Below are positions 1 through 12,688 of a stretch of 64,000 bases of DNA, piece by piece. The stretch is taken from the NCBI GenBank assembly GCA_000182565.2, contig KQ257451.1; one strand, 5' to 3'. The DNA is from Spizellomyces punctatus DAOM BR117 (Eukaryota). Below the pieces are notes generated by a model. That model saw nothing but the letters and a program-made list of their open reading frames with translations. It was not told the origin of the DNA and did not search any database. Made by a program: the position numbers and the translations under genes. Numbering within the stretch: the first letter of the stretch is position 1; each line of letters opens with the position of its first letter.

Positions 1-3000
1 GTCCTCCTTTTCCTTCTTTGGCACGGCGCCTTTTGAATTAGCAGCGGCCGTTGCTGATTGGTATCATTAGAAGTTCAGGAAATACTGTGATGAGTATCAG
101 ATGACTGTCAACTCACCAGCAACCGTTGCCGTTTTCCTTACAGCGGGGGTTGCTATCGCGGCCACTGCTTCGGAGGCGACTTGCGCTGCCTTTCGTGTTG
201 ACCGCATGCGTAACGGTGTGTCTGATATTTCAGCAACTGGTTCATTCTGCGCAAGTATCTGGTTTCTTCTGCTCTTAGTAGTGGCTTTCGGGGTTTCCAC
301 CTTCGATTGCGGCGCTGACGTTAAAGAATGAGCACATTAATTCATCCTCCGACTTCAGAAAAATTAGACTTACTCGGGATCGCTTCTGATGTTGGTTTGT
401 TGGCCTTTTTCGGAGGACGCCCTCGCCTCGGACTAAAAGGTGTTTCTGTCCCCTGCTTGACTTTCCCTTTGCGAGTAGGCTTCTGCACAGTCTCTTGCTC
501 TAATGCTGCCAGTCTGGACCGTGTCATGCGTTTGGGCTGATCATCATCTACATGAACGGCATCTCCGGCATCGCCAGCTGCTGACTCTTGAACTTCCTCT
601 ACGCTCGACACCTCCTCCACTGTCTTCACAGTTGGAAGAGGCTCTTCTTCTTTTGGAAAAAGCTCTCTCACCTTCCCTTCAGGCCACCAGTAGGCCCAGA
701 GGATGTGGAAGAACTCCGCAGGTGCAATACTCAGAATACCACTGTCCGGATCAATCGGGAAACCAGTAATCTTCTGTTTCAGCTCCTCCAGAAGCGGCCT
801 TCCACGTTTCTGGAACCGCTGCGCCGTCTTCCAGTAAGGGGTCTCCGGCTTGTTGTATGTCATACAATTTTGCCAGATGAGCTCAACGTCGGTCTTCGAT
901 ATCGGCAAAGTTAGTACAAAGGTTGAGCAGACGCTTACAACAATAGAGTACCTCAAATGACCCGACGTCCTTGTATTCGTGGTTCTCCAGTTTCTGCATC
1001 ATCGTGGAGAAATCCATGGGATTGGTGATGAAAAGGTGATAATCTGGGGCGAGTTCGGGTGTAACTGGTTCTGCAAAAATTCCGTCCTTGTCCCACCTAC
1101 CAATATGATCGGTGTTATTATCAACACACATTCACAACGCGAATGCAATAATGGTGCTTACGATCGAATGGTTTCAAAGAATGGTCGAATGAACCGTGTT
1201 ATAGGGAAGAGGACAAACTCTGCGTAGCTGATCCCAGCTTGGTACTGTTTCAATTTTTCCTTCTCTCTTTTCCGGACGAGTTCCGTCAATAGTCGTACGC
1301 GCTCCAAATCCTTGCGAATGATGATGGCCGTTTGATTTCTCTTGGCTCGAGCCTCTTCATCCTCTTTCAGAGCAGACGCAGACGCTGTCCATGGCTGAAT
1401 AACAGTTAGCACAGTCAATATGCATTGAGCAGCAGAAGCGACCACATACCTCTAGATGCAATCGTTTCAGTAGTGGTGCCCCTCGTCGTGACTCGCGCTT
1501 CAGCGACCAGTATTTACAAAGGCGTATGATAAAGTCTTTATTCTTCTTATCAAAGTCGCCCTTCTTCTTTTTCTCCTTGAATTCAGTTCGCAACGTATCT
1601 AGTACTCGATTGAGTATATACTCTGGAATTACAGGGACTGGCGCAGAGAACTGATGAGAACGAGAGGATCCAACCGTCTCATCGTCGTCGCTCCAACCTC
1701 CCACGCCAAAGTCTGCCGATGTCGATGATTCCAGTCTTCGCTGTTTTTTCTTTCTTTTCGATGACGATAAGTCGTCGGAGCCATGGTCCAATCTTGCGTC
1801 ACTTTCTTCGTCATCGGTGATTCGCATCAAGTTTTTTCGTTTTCGCTTTCTGCTGGAGCTCTCTGTATCGGTACCGACGGGTGGGTATTCGTCTTCGGAG
1901 TCTTCAATAGCGGCGGATCGTCGGGAATTCACGAGGGACAGCTTTTGCTCCAACATTTCACGCTGGAAAGCTGCCACAGCGGCTTCGACATCAACTTGCT
2001 CTCTGTACTCGGGCTATTTGAGGCGAGGATATACGTTAATTTTCACGAAATTGACGCCCAGAGATGATATTGGCATTACCGGTGTATGTCTGTCGCAGAA
2101 CGCCCTCAAGGCATTCTGGTCGGAACCATACTGGGCTCGCATCTTCATGTAGAGCTTCGCTTTGCGCGCACATGTTGGATGGAATGGCAAATAACAATTT
2201 TTGTTACTGCATTGGATGGGAGCGCCGCCTCTGGTATGACAGAGGTAACATTGCTAAAAGGCACCTTGGTTAAACATGGCACGCATCGGCCGACAGAACG
2301 ACGACCTACCAACTTCCATCGGCTCCGAGGTATCTTTTCGATATCCACGACCGGTTCCATCAGAGTGTAATTGCCGACACTACATTCAGGCACCCACATG
2401 GCGCAGAGAAGATGCGCCCAGCCTTGTCTGCTGGTTTGTTTGAACGCACCGTCTTTGTGTGGGCAGAGGACGCAATCCTGGCACCAGCAGTCAGCATGTT
2501 TACTGCGGGAAGATGCACGGCTGTGGATGCCTCACCACTGGTTTGTGCGGGCTAAGCATGCACTTTCGGCAAAGCCATTGACCTTCAGGGATGAAGGGGA
2601 TCCCGTAACAATCTGAGAACCGCCATTTATTACAGACATTAGCAACTTTGTTTAATAAAACTATACCGTTACCATCGTCCCATATATTATACCTTGATGG
2701 ACAGCAATGTTGCAACCGTCGCAGAAAACTATCGCATTAGCATTTTCACATTCGCCGTCGTCGCATACGGCGCACACGGGATCCTCCTCATCTTCTCGGG
2801 CAGATGGAATATCTTTCGTCTGAACACCGGAAGTTAGCGGTGGTTGAAGCTGCATGACAAGAAATCACATACGGACCAGATCAAACCATTCCTTTTCCAG
2901 GATATCCATCACTCGTTCAAAGTAATCCTCGTCTATTTGGACCAAATTTTCCTTCTTCCGCTCATCGTTGATCATATTCAACCAACAGAGATCTGAACCG

Positions 3001-4187
3001 TTGAGAGTTACCGTGTTAATCTTCTTGCGTTCATGTGCATCTAGACGCACAGCGTTGATTACCTTGCTCGTCCATATCGTATTCTATGCGCTGAGCCAGC
3101 TCATCCTCGGAAGGTTCTAAAATGACGCCGCCACATAAGAAAAACTTCGCCGAGAGTAAAGATGCAAGTGTGGCACACCTGTGTGCCGGATGTAGGCAGC
3201 TCCCAACCGAAACTTTTTTGCGGGTATAGGGCTCTCTGCCAGTTCAGAGAGACGTCGGAATGAAGGCTTTGGCAAGTTCTGTGGGGCATTCGGCAATGGA
3301 GGTAGCGATAACAAATCTGATACGCCTGCATATGGATCGTCATCCAATACTTGCAGCGCGCCTTCTTCTGTCGGTAAATCTTCAGTAATGTCCTTATTTT
3401 TCGCCACCTCCTCAATTGGTTCAGAAGATGCAGCAGGGAGATCGTCAGCGCCTTTATCCAGCACGCTCTCGTGCGAGGCTCGATCATATGGTGGTTTTGA
3501 AGATGGAATCTCTACGAGCTCTCGGGAAATTAGTTCTTCAAATGTTTCGACATCTGCAACCATTGGGGGCACTGGGTTTGCCATAGAGATTGACTTCGCC
3601 GCTTCATCCTGTGAGTTCAGCTGTCGTTCTGCGGGTGGTGGAGTTACACAGCTTTCATCATGACCGGTAGAAGACTCGTTGTGAGCGGGGTCATGGGGAA
3701 CTAGTGTCTCGCTAGATATCGTTGGCTTTGTTGCGGATGGAGAGGATGGGGACGTGGTAAGGTGGGGAGGGTGTGATGGGAGGGGTCGCGGCACCGGTAA
3801 TCGTAAGAAGTCCAGATGTCGGCTAATATCCAAATCTGGAAAAAAGTCACTATATGGCTTCTCTTCGGCTGGGGGTTCGATGGTGGGAGGTGTTGGCTCC
3901 AATGCAGGAGACCGCGATCGCATGCGTGACCGGGTTAGAAAATCCAGAGATTTGCGCGAGCGACTTCGACGCCCGCTACCCTTTGCACGATGGCCGCCCC
4001 GGTATCCGCTCCTTTCCGGTGAATTCCCTCGGTCCTCTTTCGAGTGTGCATCCGCGGAGGTACTATCGGAATCAACCTCGTCAGCTCTGAAGGGCGTGCT
4101 CGGCAGACCCGTATACACTGAACGTCGGGTTATCCGTCCTTGTAGCATGACGCTGTCTACGGGAGACTGCACTTGCACCTCGCTCAT
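1..4187 (-). CDS. NTO1: BRPF1/Nto1-like NuA3/MOZ HAT scaffold (EPc/EPL1 region, PHD finger, zf-HC5HC2H, bromodomain); multi-exon, 3' end runs off the window
   Basis: [86 protein letters not shown]; bromodomain [34 protein letters not shown]. Start ATG 4187 inferred (ORF track opens at TTG 4265). Confidence 0.88.
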
Positions 4188-4640
4188 CTCGTCGAGGCGC
4201 AAACCCGCCTTGTGGCTCCGCTGATCTCGACACCGTGAGACTTCTGCAGGAGGTTTGGTGACCAATGTGGATTGCCGTCTGCCAAAGTACGGTACTTTAC
4301 AAAGTGGGGATACCCGTTTGTAGTTTCAAAACTCGCTAATCCGCAGGTGCTGAGCGCGGAGATTTTGTTACGCTGGTTTGAGATGAGTTGAATGTAGCGA
4401 CGTGCCTAAATGGGCAGCTCGTCGTAGTCGAAGCCTCAGTAAGCATTTCGTCCGGAAACGGGGGTCAATCACGTGGAGTTAGGATGGGTTCTTTCCATGG
4501 TTACGAGTGGCACAGCCCTCTGGACAAGAATTCAGCACGACTTTCGTTTTTGTTCAAGACTTTTTGGCAACATTCTTCCTGAGGATTGGTCGGATGCCAC
4601 GTCCACTGCATACGCTTTCGGGTGGGAAGGGCACCAATTC

Positions 4641-6671
4641 ATGCTTGGACGGGGCTGCACGATTGGTAGAAAGACGCTTTCTATAGTATCCCGTCGAGTC
4701 AACAGACCATGTGTGTTTGTGAAATCTGCCGACTATAGATGGTTCAGCCATACCCCACCTGCTCCGGTAAAGCCACTGCAAGCCAAACAAAAGGTTCTGG
4801 CAGTCGGTTTCAAGAATTTTAATGATTTGCTGAGAGACTTTCGCTGGGCTCTGAATTTCTACAACCACGATAGAACAACTCCTGCATATCAAGACGCATG
4901 GAACAGGTTCGGAGCGGTATGGAATTATGCAAAACGTGCATCCTGCGGTGCCATACTACGAAATGAGATTGAACGAAAAGATTTTGGAAAGTTACTTATT
5001 GCCATCAATCGCGATGAATCATTGTCACTTCGAGACCGTTTAGACCGAGTTCACAATGTCCTCCGACGAATGCGGGAATGTGGCCTTCAAATGGATGAAT
5101 TCAGTTACAATCAGCTTGCAATTGCTTCCGGATATAGGATGACATATACCCAGGCTGTGGAGTTTCAGGATAGGATGCGAAAGGACGGAATCCAACTTAC
5201 GGTGCTCACGTACTCTGCCCTCTTCACGGGACTACTACGAGTTCCGCAGTCAGGATCAATTGTTATGCGTCTTCTCTCTGACATGAAGGATGCAAAACTT
5301 CCACCTGACATACCCTTGTATACCATGCTTATTGATCACTTTGCCGGCAAAGGCGATTTTGGGAGGGCCAATCATATCATTGAATTGATGAGAATGCAGA
5401 AGTTAAAGCTAAATGAGGTTACCTACACGACGCTCATCAACGCCTATATCGAAGCCGGAGATTTTGACCAAGTAGAGCAATACTTTAAGATGATGCAGGC
5501 TGACGGGTTGGATGCAGATGCTCATGTACTAAGTACTCTCATGAACTTTTGCCTCAAGTCTGGCAACCTGGAAAAAGCGGAAGAAATGCTGGAAGACCTG
5601 CGGAAGAAGAAGCATCGCAAGGAGCAACCATCGAAGCATATGTACACTCTCGTAATCGGCGGATATGGAGCTCGAGAAGACATGGTGAATGCAGATCGAT
5701 GGTTTCAACAAATGATAGCCGATGGAGTGCATCCCGACCAAGTGGCATGTACCAGCCTGATTGGGGGGTATGTGCGTATCGGCGATAGCACCAAAGCCGA
5801 CGAGGTATTCCATAATATGACCCGGTACGGGCTACAGCCAGACGCGTACGCATATGCTGTGATGATCAATGGATATGTCAAAAGGAAAGACTTGCGATCT
5901 ACAGCCAAGATGCTCAGGGAAATGCATCATTGCGGCGTCTCGATGGAAACAGTTCCATTTAGCAGAATCATAAAGCTGTATCTACTACGGGGTGACGACG
6001 ACGCCGCTTTGGACACCTTTTCCGCGCTGATCTCTGCTGTCAGTGAAAAAAAGGCTCGAATGGAGTGGACGCACATAATCCAATTTCTGGTGAGACTAGG
6101 TCGATTAACAGCTGTGCGAGCGTGGTACGATGCGCTACGAACCGCTGGTATGGAAGTTGGGAAGCGTACAGCTGGATTTGTATGGTCACCTGGGTCGTCT
6201 TGGAAAGCCGAGATCTTGCGCGAATTTGGAAACCAAGGAAGATTTAAGGCAGGCTTGGCTGTCTGGCGATACTTACGGCGAATCGAAAAGGTCATAGATG
6301 AAAGCACAATCTGTGCCTATGTTGATTTGTGCCGTATGGATGGTGCTGTTGACAACCTCCGTTTGGATCTCGAAAGTATGGTGGAAGAAGGATATGCACT
6401 CACTGCGCCAATATACGCGTCCTGGATGGTGACGCTGATATCTCGAGGGCATGCAAGGAAAGCAACTCGATTGCTGATGGAAGACATGCCGGACAATGGG
6501 ATACATCCCACCGTAGACACCTTTGTGAGGGTTGTGACAGAATTGAGAAGGCAAGCACAATGGGCAGAGGCCAGGCACGTTTTAGATTATCTCGCATCTG
6601 AGGAGCCGGAACTGGAACCAGAAGTAAATCGCACACTTGTAGAAGGGTTACATGATATAACGAATCAGTAG
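4641..6671 (+). CDS. Pentatricopeptide-repeat (P-class PPR) protein, probably mitochondrial
   Basis: Single long ORF (track 4473-6671) with repeated 35-aa motifs (VTYTTLINAYIEAGDFDQV, YTLVIGGYGAREDM, AYAVMINGYVKRKD). ATG 4641 gives a basic, presequence-like N-terminus; start uncertain. Confidence 0.88.
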   Translation: MLGRGCTIGRKTLSIVSRRVNRPCVFVKSADYRWFSHTPPAPVKPLQAKQKVLAVGFKNFNDLLRDFRWALNFYNHDRTTPAYQDAWNRFGAVWNYAKRASCGAILRNEIERKDFGKLLIAINRDESLSLRDRLDRVHNVLRRMRECGLQMDEFSYNQLAIASGYRMTYTQAVEFQDRMRKDGIQLTVLTYSALFTGLLRVPQSGSIVMRLLSDMKDAKLPPDIPLYTMLIDHFAGKGDFGRANHIIELMRMQKLKLNEVTYTTLINAYIEAGDFDQVEQYFKMMQADGLDADAHVLSTLMNFCLKSGNLEKAEEMLEDLRKKKHRKEQPSKHMYTLVIGGYGAREDMVNADRWFQQMIADGVHPDQVACTSLIGGYVRIGDSTKADEVFHNMTRYGLQPDAYAYAVMINGYVKRKDLRSTAKMLREMHHCGVSMETVPFSRIIKLYLLRGDDDAALDTFSALISAVSEKKARMEWTHIIQFLVRLGRLTAVRAWYDALRTAGMEVGKRTAGFVWSPGSSWKAEILREFGNQGRFKAGLAVWRYLRRIEKVIDESTICAYVDLCRMDGAVDNLRLDLESMVEEGYALTAPIYASWMVTLISRGHARKATRLLMEDMPDNGIHPTVDTFVRVVTELRRQAQWAEARHVLDYLASEEPELEPEVNRTLVEGLHDITNQ

Positions 6672-6734
6672 CACCGGGTGTAAATCGCATAGAGCTGTAC
6701 ATAATGATGGCAAACGAGTTCAGCAGGCTCAATC

Positions 6735-7422
6735 TCAACCGGGCTTCTTTCGCTTCTTGCTTTTCTCTTCCTTCATCTGCTCACTCATGCCAGATAGTAT
6801 TTGGTGCTACAAGGGAAAAACACAAAAAGCACCCTTCCCGCTTAGACCCAGATAATGCCGGATGATTTGTATCAGATATCATACCACACTATCGTTTCGC
6901 CGTGCGCATAACTTGACATCTTCAGTGGAAATCACTGTGCGTCTTCCGTGTCTGTCACATTGCAAACAGATCAGCGTCAGAGAACCAAGACTGCGCTCAA
7001 ACCAGTACCGCACCTTGAAAAGCACTCCAAGTCCAACGCCATAATTTCTGATGGCATATCGTCAGTATATCTATATGGCCACTACTGCTGTCCGAATTGG
7101 TGTGAAGACTCACCAGCTTGCTGATAGACCAGTTCAGAAAGGGCATGTATAAAGTGTGGAGATGGCATCATATTCGAAGAAGCTGCTACTCTTGTAGTAT
7201 ATTAGTGGCCATCAATGAATTAAAGTATGTCCTTTTGCGTTTGTTACGATGCAGTACCTTCTTCGTCACATATTTTTCCAACTGTATAGTGGACGGCAGC
7301 TCGTAACCGCTAAAGATTTAAAGATGCACATGCATATTAGGCTTTCCATAGCTCGCCAGAACCGACTCTGTTGCAAGCCTGTTTCTCACCTGCTTAAGCG
7401 CACTATCTTCGCCTTCCGTCAT
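6735..7422 (-). CDS. MHF1: CENP-S / MHF1 (APITD1) histone-fold protein, 6 small exons
   Basis: Manual splice: MTEGEDSALKQ|RLRAAVHYTVGKICDEE|AASSNMMPSPHFIHALSELVYQQA|EIMALDLECFSR|HGRRTVISTEDVKLCARRNDSV|HQILSGMSEQMKEEKSKKRKKPG*; all GT-AG. Matches the CENP-S signature RLKAAVHYTVG...DLE.F..HA.R..I..EDVKL..RR. Confidence 0.92.
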
Positions 7423-7604
7423 GATAGTGAATGTCGCCAACCATATGCTGCTTCGACACAGCGATGGGCTGTTGCAAATACCAGTAAGCAAGGTCCGATC
7501 GCGTCAGACGCGTCAAGATGCACGCCACGAGCACGAGCCATGAGGAGATACAGCATTTGCAACTAGCGGGGACCTTGCATGCGTACTAGTAGAAGACTAG
7601 GGAA

Positions 7605-9044
7605 ATGGACCCCGCTGACGACGCTGGAACCGACTCCTCTACGGGAGGCAAAGCACCCCAAAGAGACCTAATAACATGGCACATCTTTGTGAACCCCGCT
7701 TCCGGAAGCCGGTCAGGGACACATATCTGGGACACCATTGTGCGTCCCGCATTGGAAGGAGCTGGATGGCGAAAGAGTTGCTATGGAGAAGAGACGACCT
7801 TTGAAGAAACTTGCTTTCAAGTAACTTTTACTAAGCGGTGAGGCCGGGGTTCGTCAAATGGTGTACACAGGGAAACATTCCAACACCGTAATTGAATAGT
7901 GGTAACCATGCCGCCGATACTGTGCGTGAATTGGTTACGAAACGTCAAACCTTGGAGGGATTAGGATTTGTTTGTATTGGTGGTAGGTACAGCTGCCTTT
8001 ATTCTGCGTAAGGAGGTGCTCATGCGCTGGTATCAGGGGACGGAGTGGTGCACGAAGTCATTAAGGGCGTCATGTCGAGTATTTCCACATCGAACCCTCC
8101 ATCTTTGAAGGTTCCGATCGCCGTCATCCCCGCTGGCACAGGAAACGCTCTAGCAACATCTTTAAAATTGTCATCACCCGAGGAGGCAACGGAGCGCTTG
8201 ATCAATTATAAACAAACGGTTCCTCTCAAAATCAGCAGCGTTCATATCGGCCCGTCGACTTTGGACGAGTGTCCCGACGAGGTGCTGATGTACAGCTTTT
8301 GTGTCGTGAGTTGGGGTTTACATGCGCAGATTGTCAGACAATCCGAAACGTTACGGATGCTAGGAAGAAAGAGATTTCAGGTAGGAGACTCTTATTTTCG
8401 TAGATTATTGCATCCTGCTGATGGGTATTTTTCCTTAGGTGGCTGCCATGATGAACATTGCCCTGATGCACCAATACCGAGGACAACTTTACCTTCTTGA
8501 TCCAACAGAGCTCTCACAGACGGATCCAGACCCTGTAACATTCGCAAAGCCTGACTGGGCCGTGGATGAAAAATGGGTACCCGTTAACGGCAAGGACGAT
8601 GCAACATCCTTTTCATACTTTCTTAGTACAAAGGTATGTGCAATAGGGTTACCAAAGATCAAAGGTACGTCGACCTAACGTTAGCACATTTTGTTTATAT
8701 TGTAGATGTCATCCCTTGAACCAGGCTTTCAAATCGCACCACATGCTCATCCTTCCACTTCTAATATCGACCTCGTCCTCGCGCCATCCTTGAACCGCTC
8801 CCAATTGTTACACTTTCTCCAATCAACTCCCGCTATTCCAGAGTACATCCGCTACATCAAGACACGAGGGTTTAAACTTGCTCCGTCTCAGTCCAGTGGC
8901 CGAAGAACATCATGGGTGCCAAAAGCTGGGAAGCTAGTACATGACATCTGTATAGACGGAGAGATGGTAGAACTAGAAAATGGACAGGCAGTATGGGTTA
9001 AAATCCTAGATGAAAGAGCGCAACTTTTCAATGTAGTATGCTGA
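7605..9044 (+). CDS. Sphingosine/diacylglycerol kinase family lipid kinase, 5 exons
   Basis: FVNPASGS, GGDGVVHEVIKG (across splice), VIPAGTGNALATSL, SWGLHAQI, ICIDGE motifs of DAGK_cat/sphingoid base kinases. Confidence 0.85.
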
Positions 9045-9260
9045 AACTTTAGGAGGCTTTTTCTGGACTCTGAAGATAATCAAATTACTCGTCATGATGA
9101 TTATTCGTAAATGGACAAACTTGGCAAAAACACATAAACAGATCAATACCTATATATGAACAACACCTAATCTACAGTCTCAACCCATTATAAATCGTAC
9201 GGGTAAAAGACCCAACTACATCCTACATTCACAGCCCATCTCTATGTTCGACAATTGTCC

Positions 9261-10753
9261 CTACGATGTGAAACTAAGTGATCGACTATTCCTCAGTCCG
9301 CTTCTCCTTAGCAATGCCGACTTCAATCCCCTGGACTCCACCACGGTTGGAAGCGACGGAAGGCTAGGGTTTTTGGTGAGGGAACTCAAAGGTAGTGTAC
9401 AGGATCCTGATCGCGTCATTGTTGGTTTTCGTCGCCGGACGGAAGCTGGAGAGCCGGGAGGGGAAGGAAGAGGAGATCCGGGCGCAGAGGGGATGGGGCT
9501 TGGCGCAGTCTCTGGGAGGGGACAGAATAGGAGAGATAGCCGTTCTTCATCAGAATTCCAATGCGGGCAACAGAGCCTGTATTCCAAGGGCACTTTAACG
9601 TCATTCCGCTCCACGATTCTGCCACGTAAACAGACACTTTCAAAGTAAGGTCCACCGCAGAAAGTACATTTATGCGCCGATGCTAGGTACGCTTTCAATT
9701 CGTCGTGTGTCACCTCAAGGATTGGTAGCTGCTGGCGTACGATAACGCGGGCGGCCAATTCCTTGAGAGTTGGGGGAGAGTTCACTTTCTCCACTTCAAA
9801 CTTTGTCCGCAAGGGACACTCTTTCAATGCAAGCGTGCGGAGGAACTTTAGGCGGTTAAGCTCAGCGGGAATTACCGTGAGTGGATTCTTTGACAACTCC
9901 AAGGTTGTGAGAGTTTTGACTTGCCCTAACTCCGGGGGCAGTGATGTGATACAATTGTTTTCGAGATGGAGGGACGCAAGCTTCTTTAAACTGCCTATTG
10001 ACGAGGGGATGGTTTCAAGTAAATTGTCAGACGCCTTGAGTTCTATCAGCTTTGTGAGAAAGCCAATAGTGTCTGGTAGCGATGTGAGGCGATTTGATGC
10101 GACGGATAGATGCACAAGATTCTTCATGTGACCAATTTCGGGGGGTATTTCGGTTAGATCATTACAGCACCTACGACCAGGCGACAAGAAAGGTTAGTGG
10201 GACAGTTTTAACTACGCGAAGCATAGTAGAAATAAGCTGCTTGCAGCTAATGTTGCCCGTTGACTTACAGGTGGAGTGTAGTTGTTGTTGAGAGAAGACC
10301 AATATTGGGGGACAGCCGGACCAAGGCTTGGGAGCACAACCCGATTGTGCTGACGGACGTTAATTGACCAAATTTGATGGCTTTCATATTATTTCGCCTG
10401 AGGCTCTCTTCTGCAGCTCTGTCGAGGCGATAGACATCGGTCAAGCCATCGGTGACCTCGTCGGAGGATTCATTCAATAGTATATCAAGGTCATTCAGGG
10501 AAAATGAGGATGGCAAACGTCCGTCCTTTGCTCTTGCAAAAAGTCCTCCCAGTCCCTGTCGCTCACCACGCTCTGATCGATTGCCCCAAGGTCTTCGTCG
10601 CTCATCCTCTCTATCTATAACTGCCAGTGATGGCGCTATTTCTTGGCCACGGTGTGGCCGGGATTCTCGGTTCGAAGCCGATGATTCTCCAGAATCAATC
10701 AGAGCATACGCCACCGGAAGGCCGGCATGCTCTTTACTGATGCCTGCTCCCAT
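9261..10753 (-). CDS. LRRC58-like leucine-rich-repeat protein with BC-box and Cys-rich tail; 2 exons (10753-10269, 10170-9261)
   Basis: LRRs (LxxLxLxxNxLxxLPxxIG), then PPTLKELAARVI...YLASAHKCTFCGGPYF...VPLEYRLCCPH, which resembles the LRRC58 C-terminus; N-terminal MGAGIS myristoylation motif. Confidence 0.75.
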
Positions 10754-11644
10754 GTTCAGTTCTGGTCCCGAAAGGAGCCGTCACTGAGATGAAGACAGTA
10801 AGAGTGTAATGGTTGTCTGTGTAGGTTTTAGCGATCTAACGCCACAGGACAAGGAGTGGCACTGCCGCCCGCTAAAGGGAAATGAAGGGAAAGCGGATGG
10901 CTGGTCAATGAGATGAAAAAAAGAAAGAGGACACAGCCCGTCTCTCATGCAGCCGTCGTCGGGCTGTCAGACATGCAGGAAGGGGAGAAAAGAAGGAGGA
11001 GATACACACCTGGCCGGCACGTCTCTCGCGGATAAAACTTCACACGCGGCTTAGCCCCGGGAAAAGGGAATTGATAACGAAAAAAGCAACTTTCACGACG
11101 ACGACGAACGAACAAATGTGGAAATGGCCAATGCAACAAAAGGAAATGGGAGATTCCCACAAGAACAAAAAGCGCCCTTTTGTTTAGGGTTTGGAGGTGA
11201 AACCTGAACGGAGAGAACGTTTTGAATAATTACTATTTATAGTCTCTCTCGCTTTAAAACCCTCAGACTTTCAAGGGGATATCCTTTTGGTATCCTAGCG
11301 GTCATCGGAAAGTTTATTTTTGTTTTAGCATTTTGGGGCTTCATCAATATCAGGATATGCATGTTGCATTCCTGCTCTTATTCAGTCGCATGTTGGTTCC
11401 ACCTCTTTTGGCAGATGAAAATCATAAGATAGATTCGTTTACCTTGTGTAGAAGACTTGTCATCTCAAGGACCTCAAAACGTTAAACTTGTTTAAGCGCA
11501 GAATTCACTAGCCCACTAATGATCAAGTACCTGAAGGGAACGCGAAATTACCTGCGGCCGTTGATGGGATACCTTTGATAATAAAAATAATATAGATTGT
11601 ACATACACCACATATACACATATACACCGCTCGGCAACTGATAT

Positions 11645-12440
11645 TCATACGCTAACGACCATCGGAACGACAATGTCGCCAACTTGCTGGACGCGCATCT
11701 CGTGCACTGCAGTCTTCACTTGCTCCATAATATCCGATATTTGATCAATGTCCTCTCTTTTGATGGTCCCTGTTGCCAGCAACCGGGGAATCTTGTCCTT
11801 TGCTTCCTCAACAGATGGAATGCGGGCAGTATTTTTCTGCGTAAACTTGGCCAACTGTGGCTGGCATTCCTTTACAAGTGCGCTACGATCACCGCTTTAA
11901 AAAGAATGTCACCAACCAGAAACCCAGCGCAAAGAGTTTTACCTATATTCGTGCGCTCTCTGAGCTGCATGCTCATCTTGAATACGGTCCAGCATGCGAG
12001 TCGAGGAAATGTCAATCAAATTGCTGATAAAATAAAAGATTTTCAGCACACCGGGGATTTCAAAGAAAAGCCACCTATGCTTGTAACTTACTCGGCGGTA
12101 CGCTGAACAATTCGCTTCAATGTCTCCTGCTCACGCAGTTGGCTCAAGGCGTGATAATTGTGTGGTGTTCTGAATGAAACAAATCCACGTCGTAGTTGGC
12201 ACGCAGAACGCAAGGCAGCAGAAAAGTTGCATTAACAATACATACGGCTCTTCATTTTGAGAGACAATGTCTGCTCCTAGCAATCGAGATCGCTCGGTAG
12301 GATGCTGGGAAGAGTACAATTGTTCGGATAAGCACGTATGCGTATCCACACGACCTGAATCGTCGCCTACGCACCTGGTCAAAGTTGTCACTGCTTTCTG
12401 ACCGGCTATCGCCAAAGCAGGCAGAGCACCAATTGCCCAT
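11645..12440 (-). CDS. LAMTOR1/Ego1(Meh1)-like Ragulator/EGO complex anchor, 5 exons
   Basis: Splice 12440-12375, 12304-12246, 12169-12092, 12023-11943, 11882-11645 gives MGNWCSAC (myristoyl/palmitoyl), ERSRLL dileucine, LKRIVQRTADNLIDIS, and C-terminal VQQVGDIVVPM, all typical of LAMTOR1. Confidence 0.8.
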
Positions 12441-12688
12441 CAGGCACTGTTTTACCAAAGGTACGGAAAACTTGTTTTACTGGCGTTTTTCTCAATGTAC
12501 GATACGAGATCAATGCAGCTTCAGGGTGAGAGAAATAAGCTCGACGCTCAAAGTAGCCAGAGACGGCTAAGCCTCCTCGGTGGTAAATTTATAACAAGAT
12601 ATAATCGAGAGATCTTCTGATAGATTTTGGGTTTTTGTTCCGCTCTTCTCGTTTTACATATTGCCCTTGTCTCTAGATCACGGAGAAC

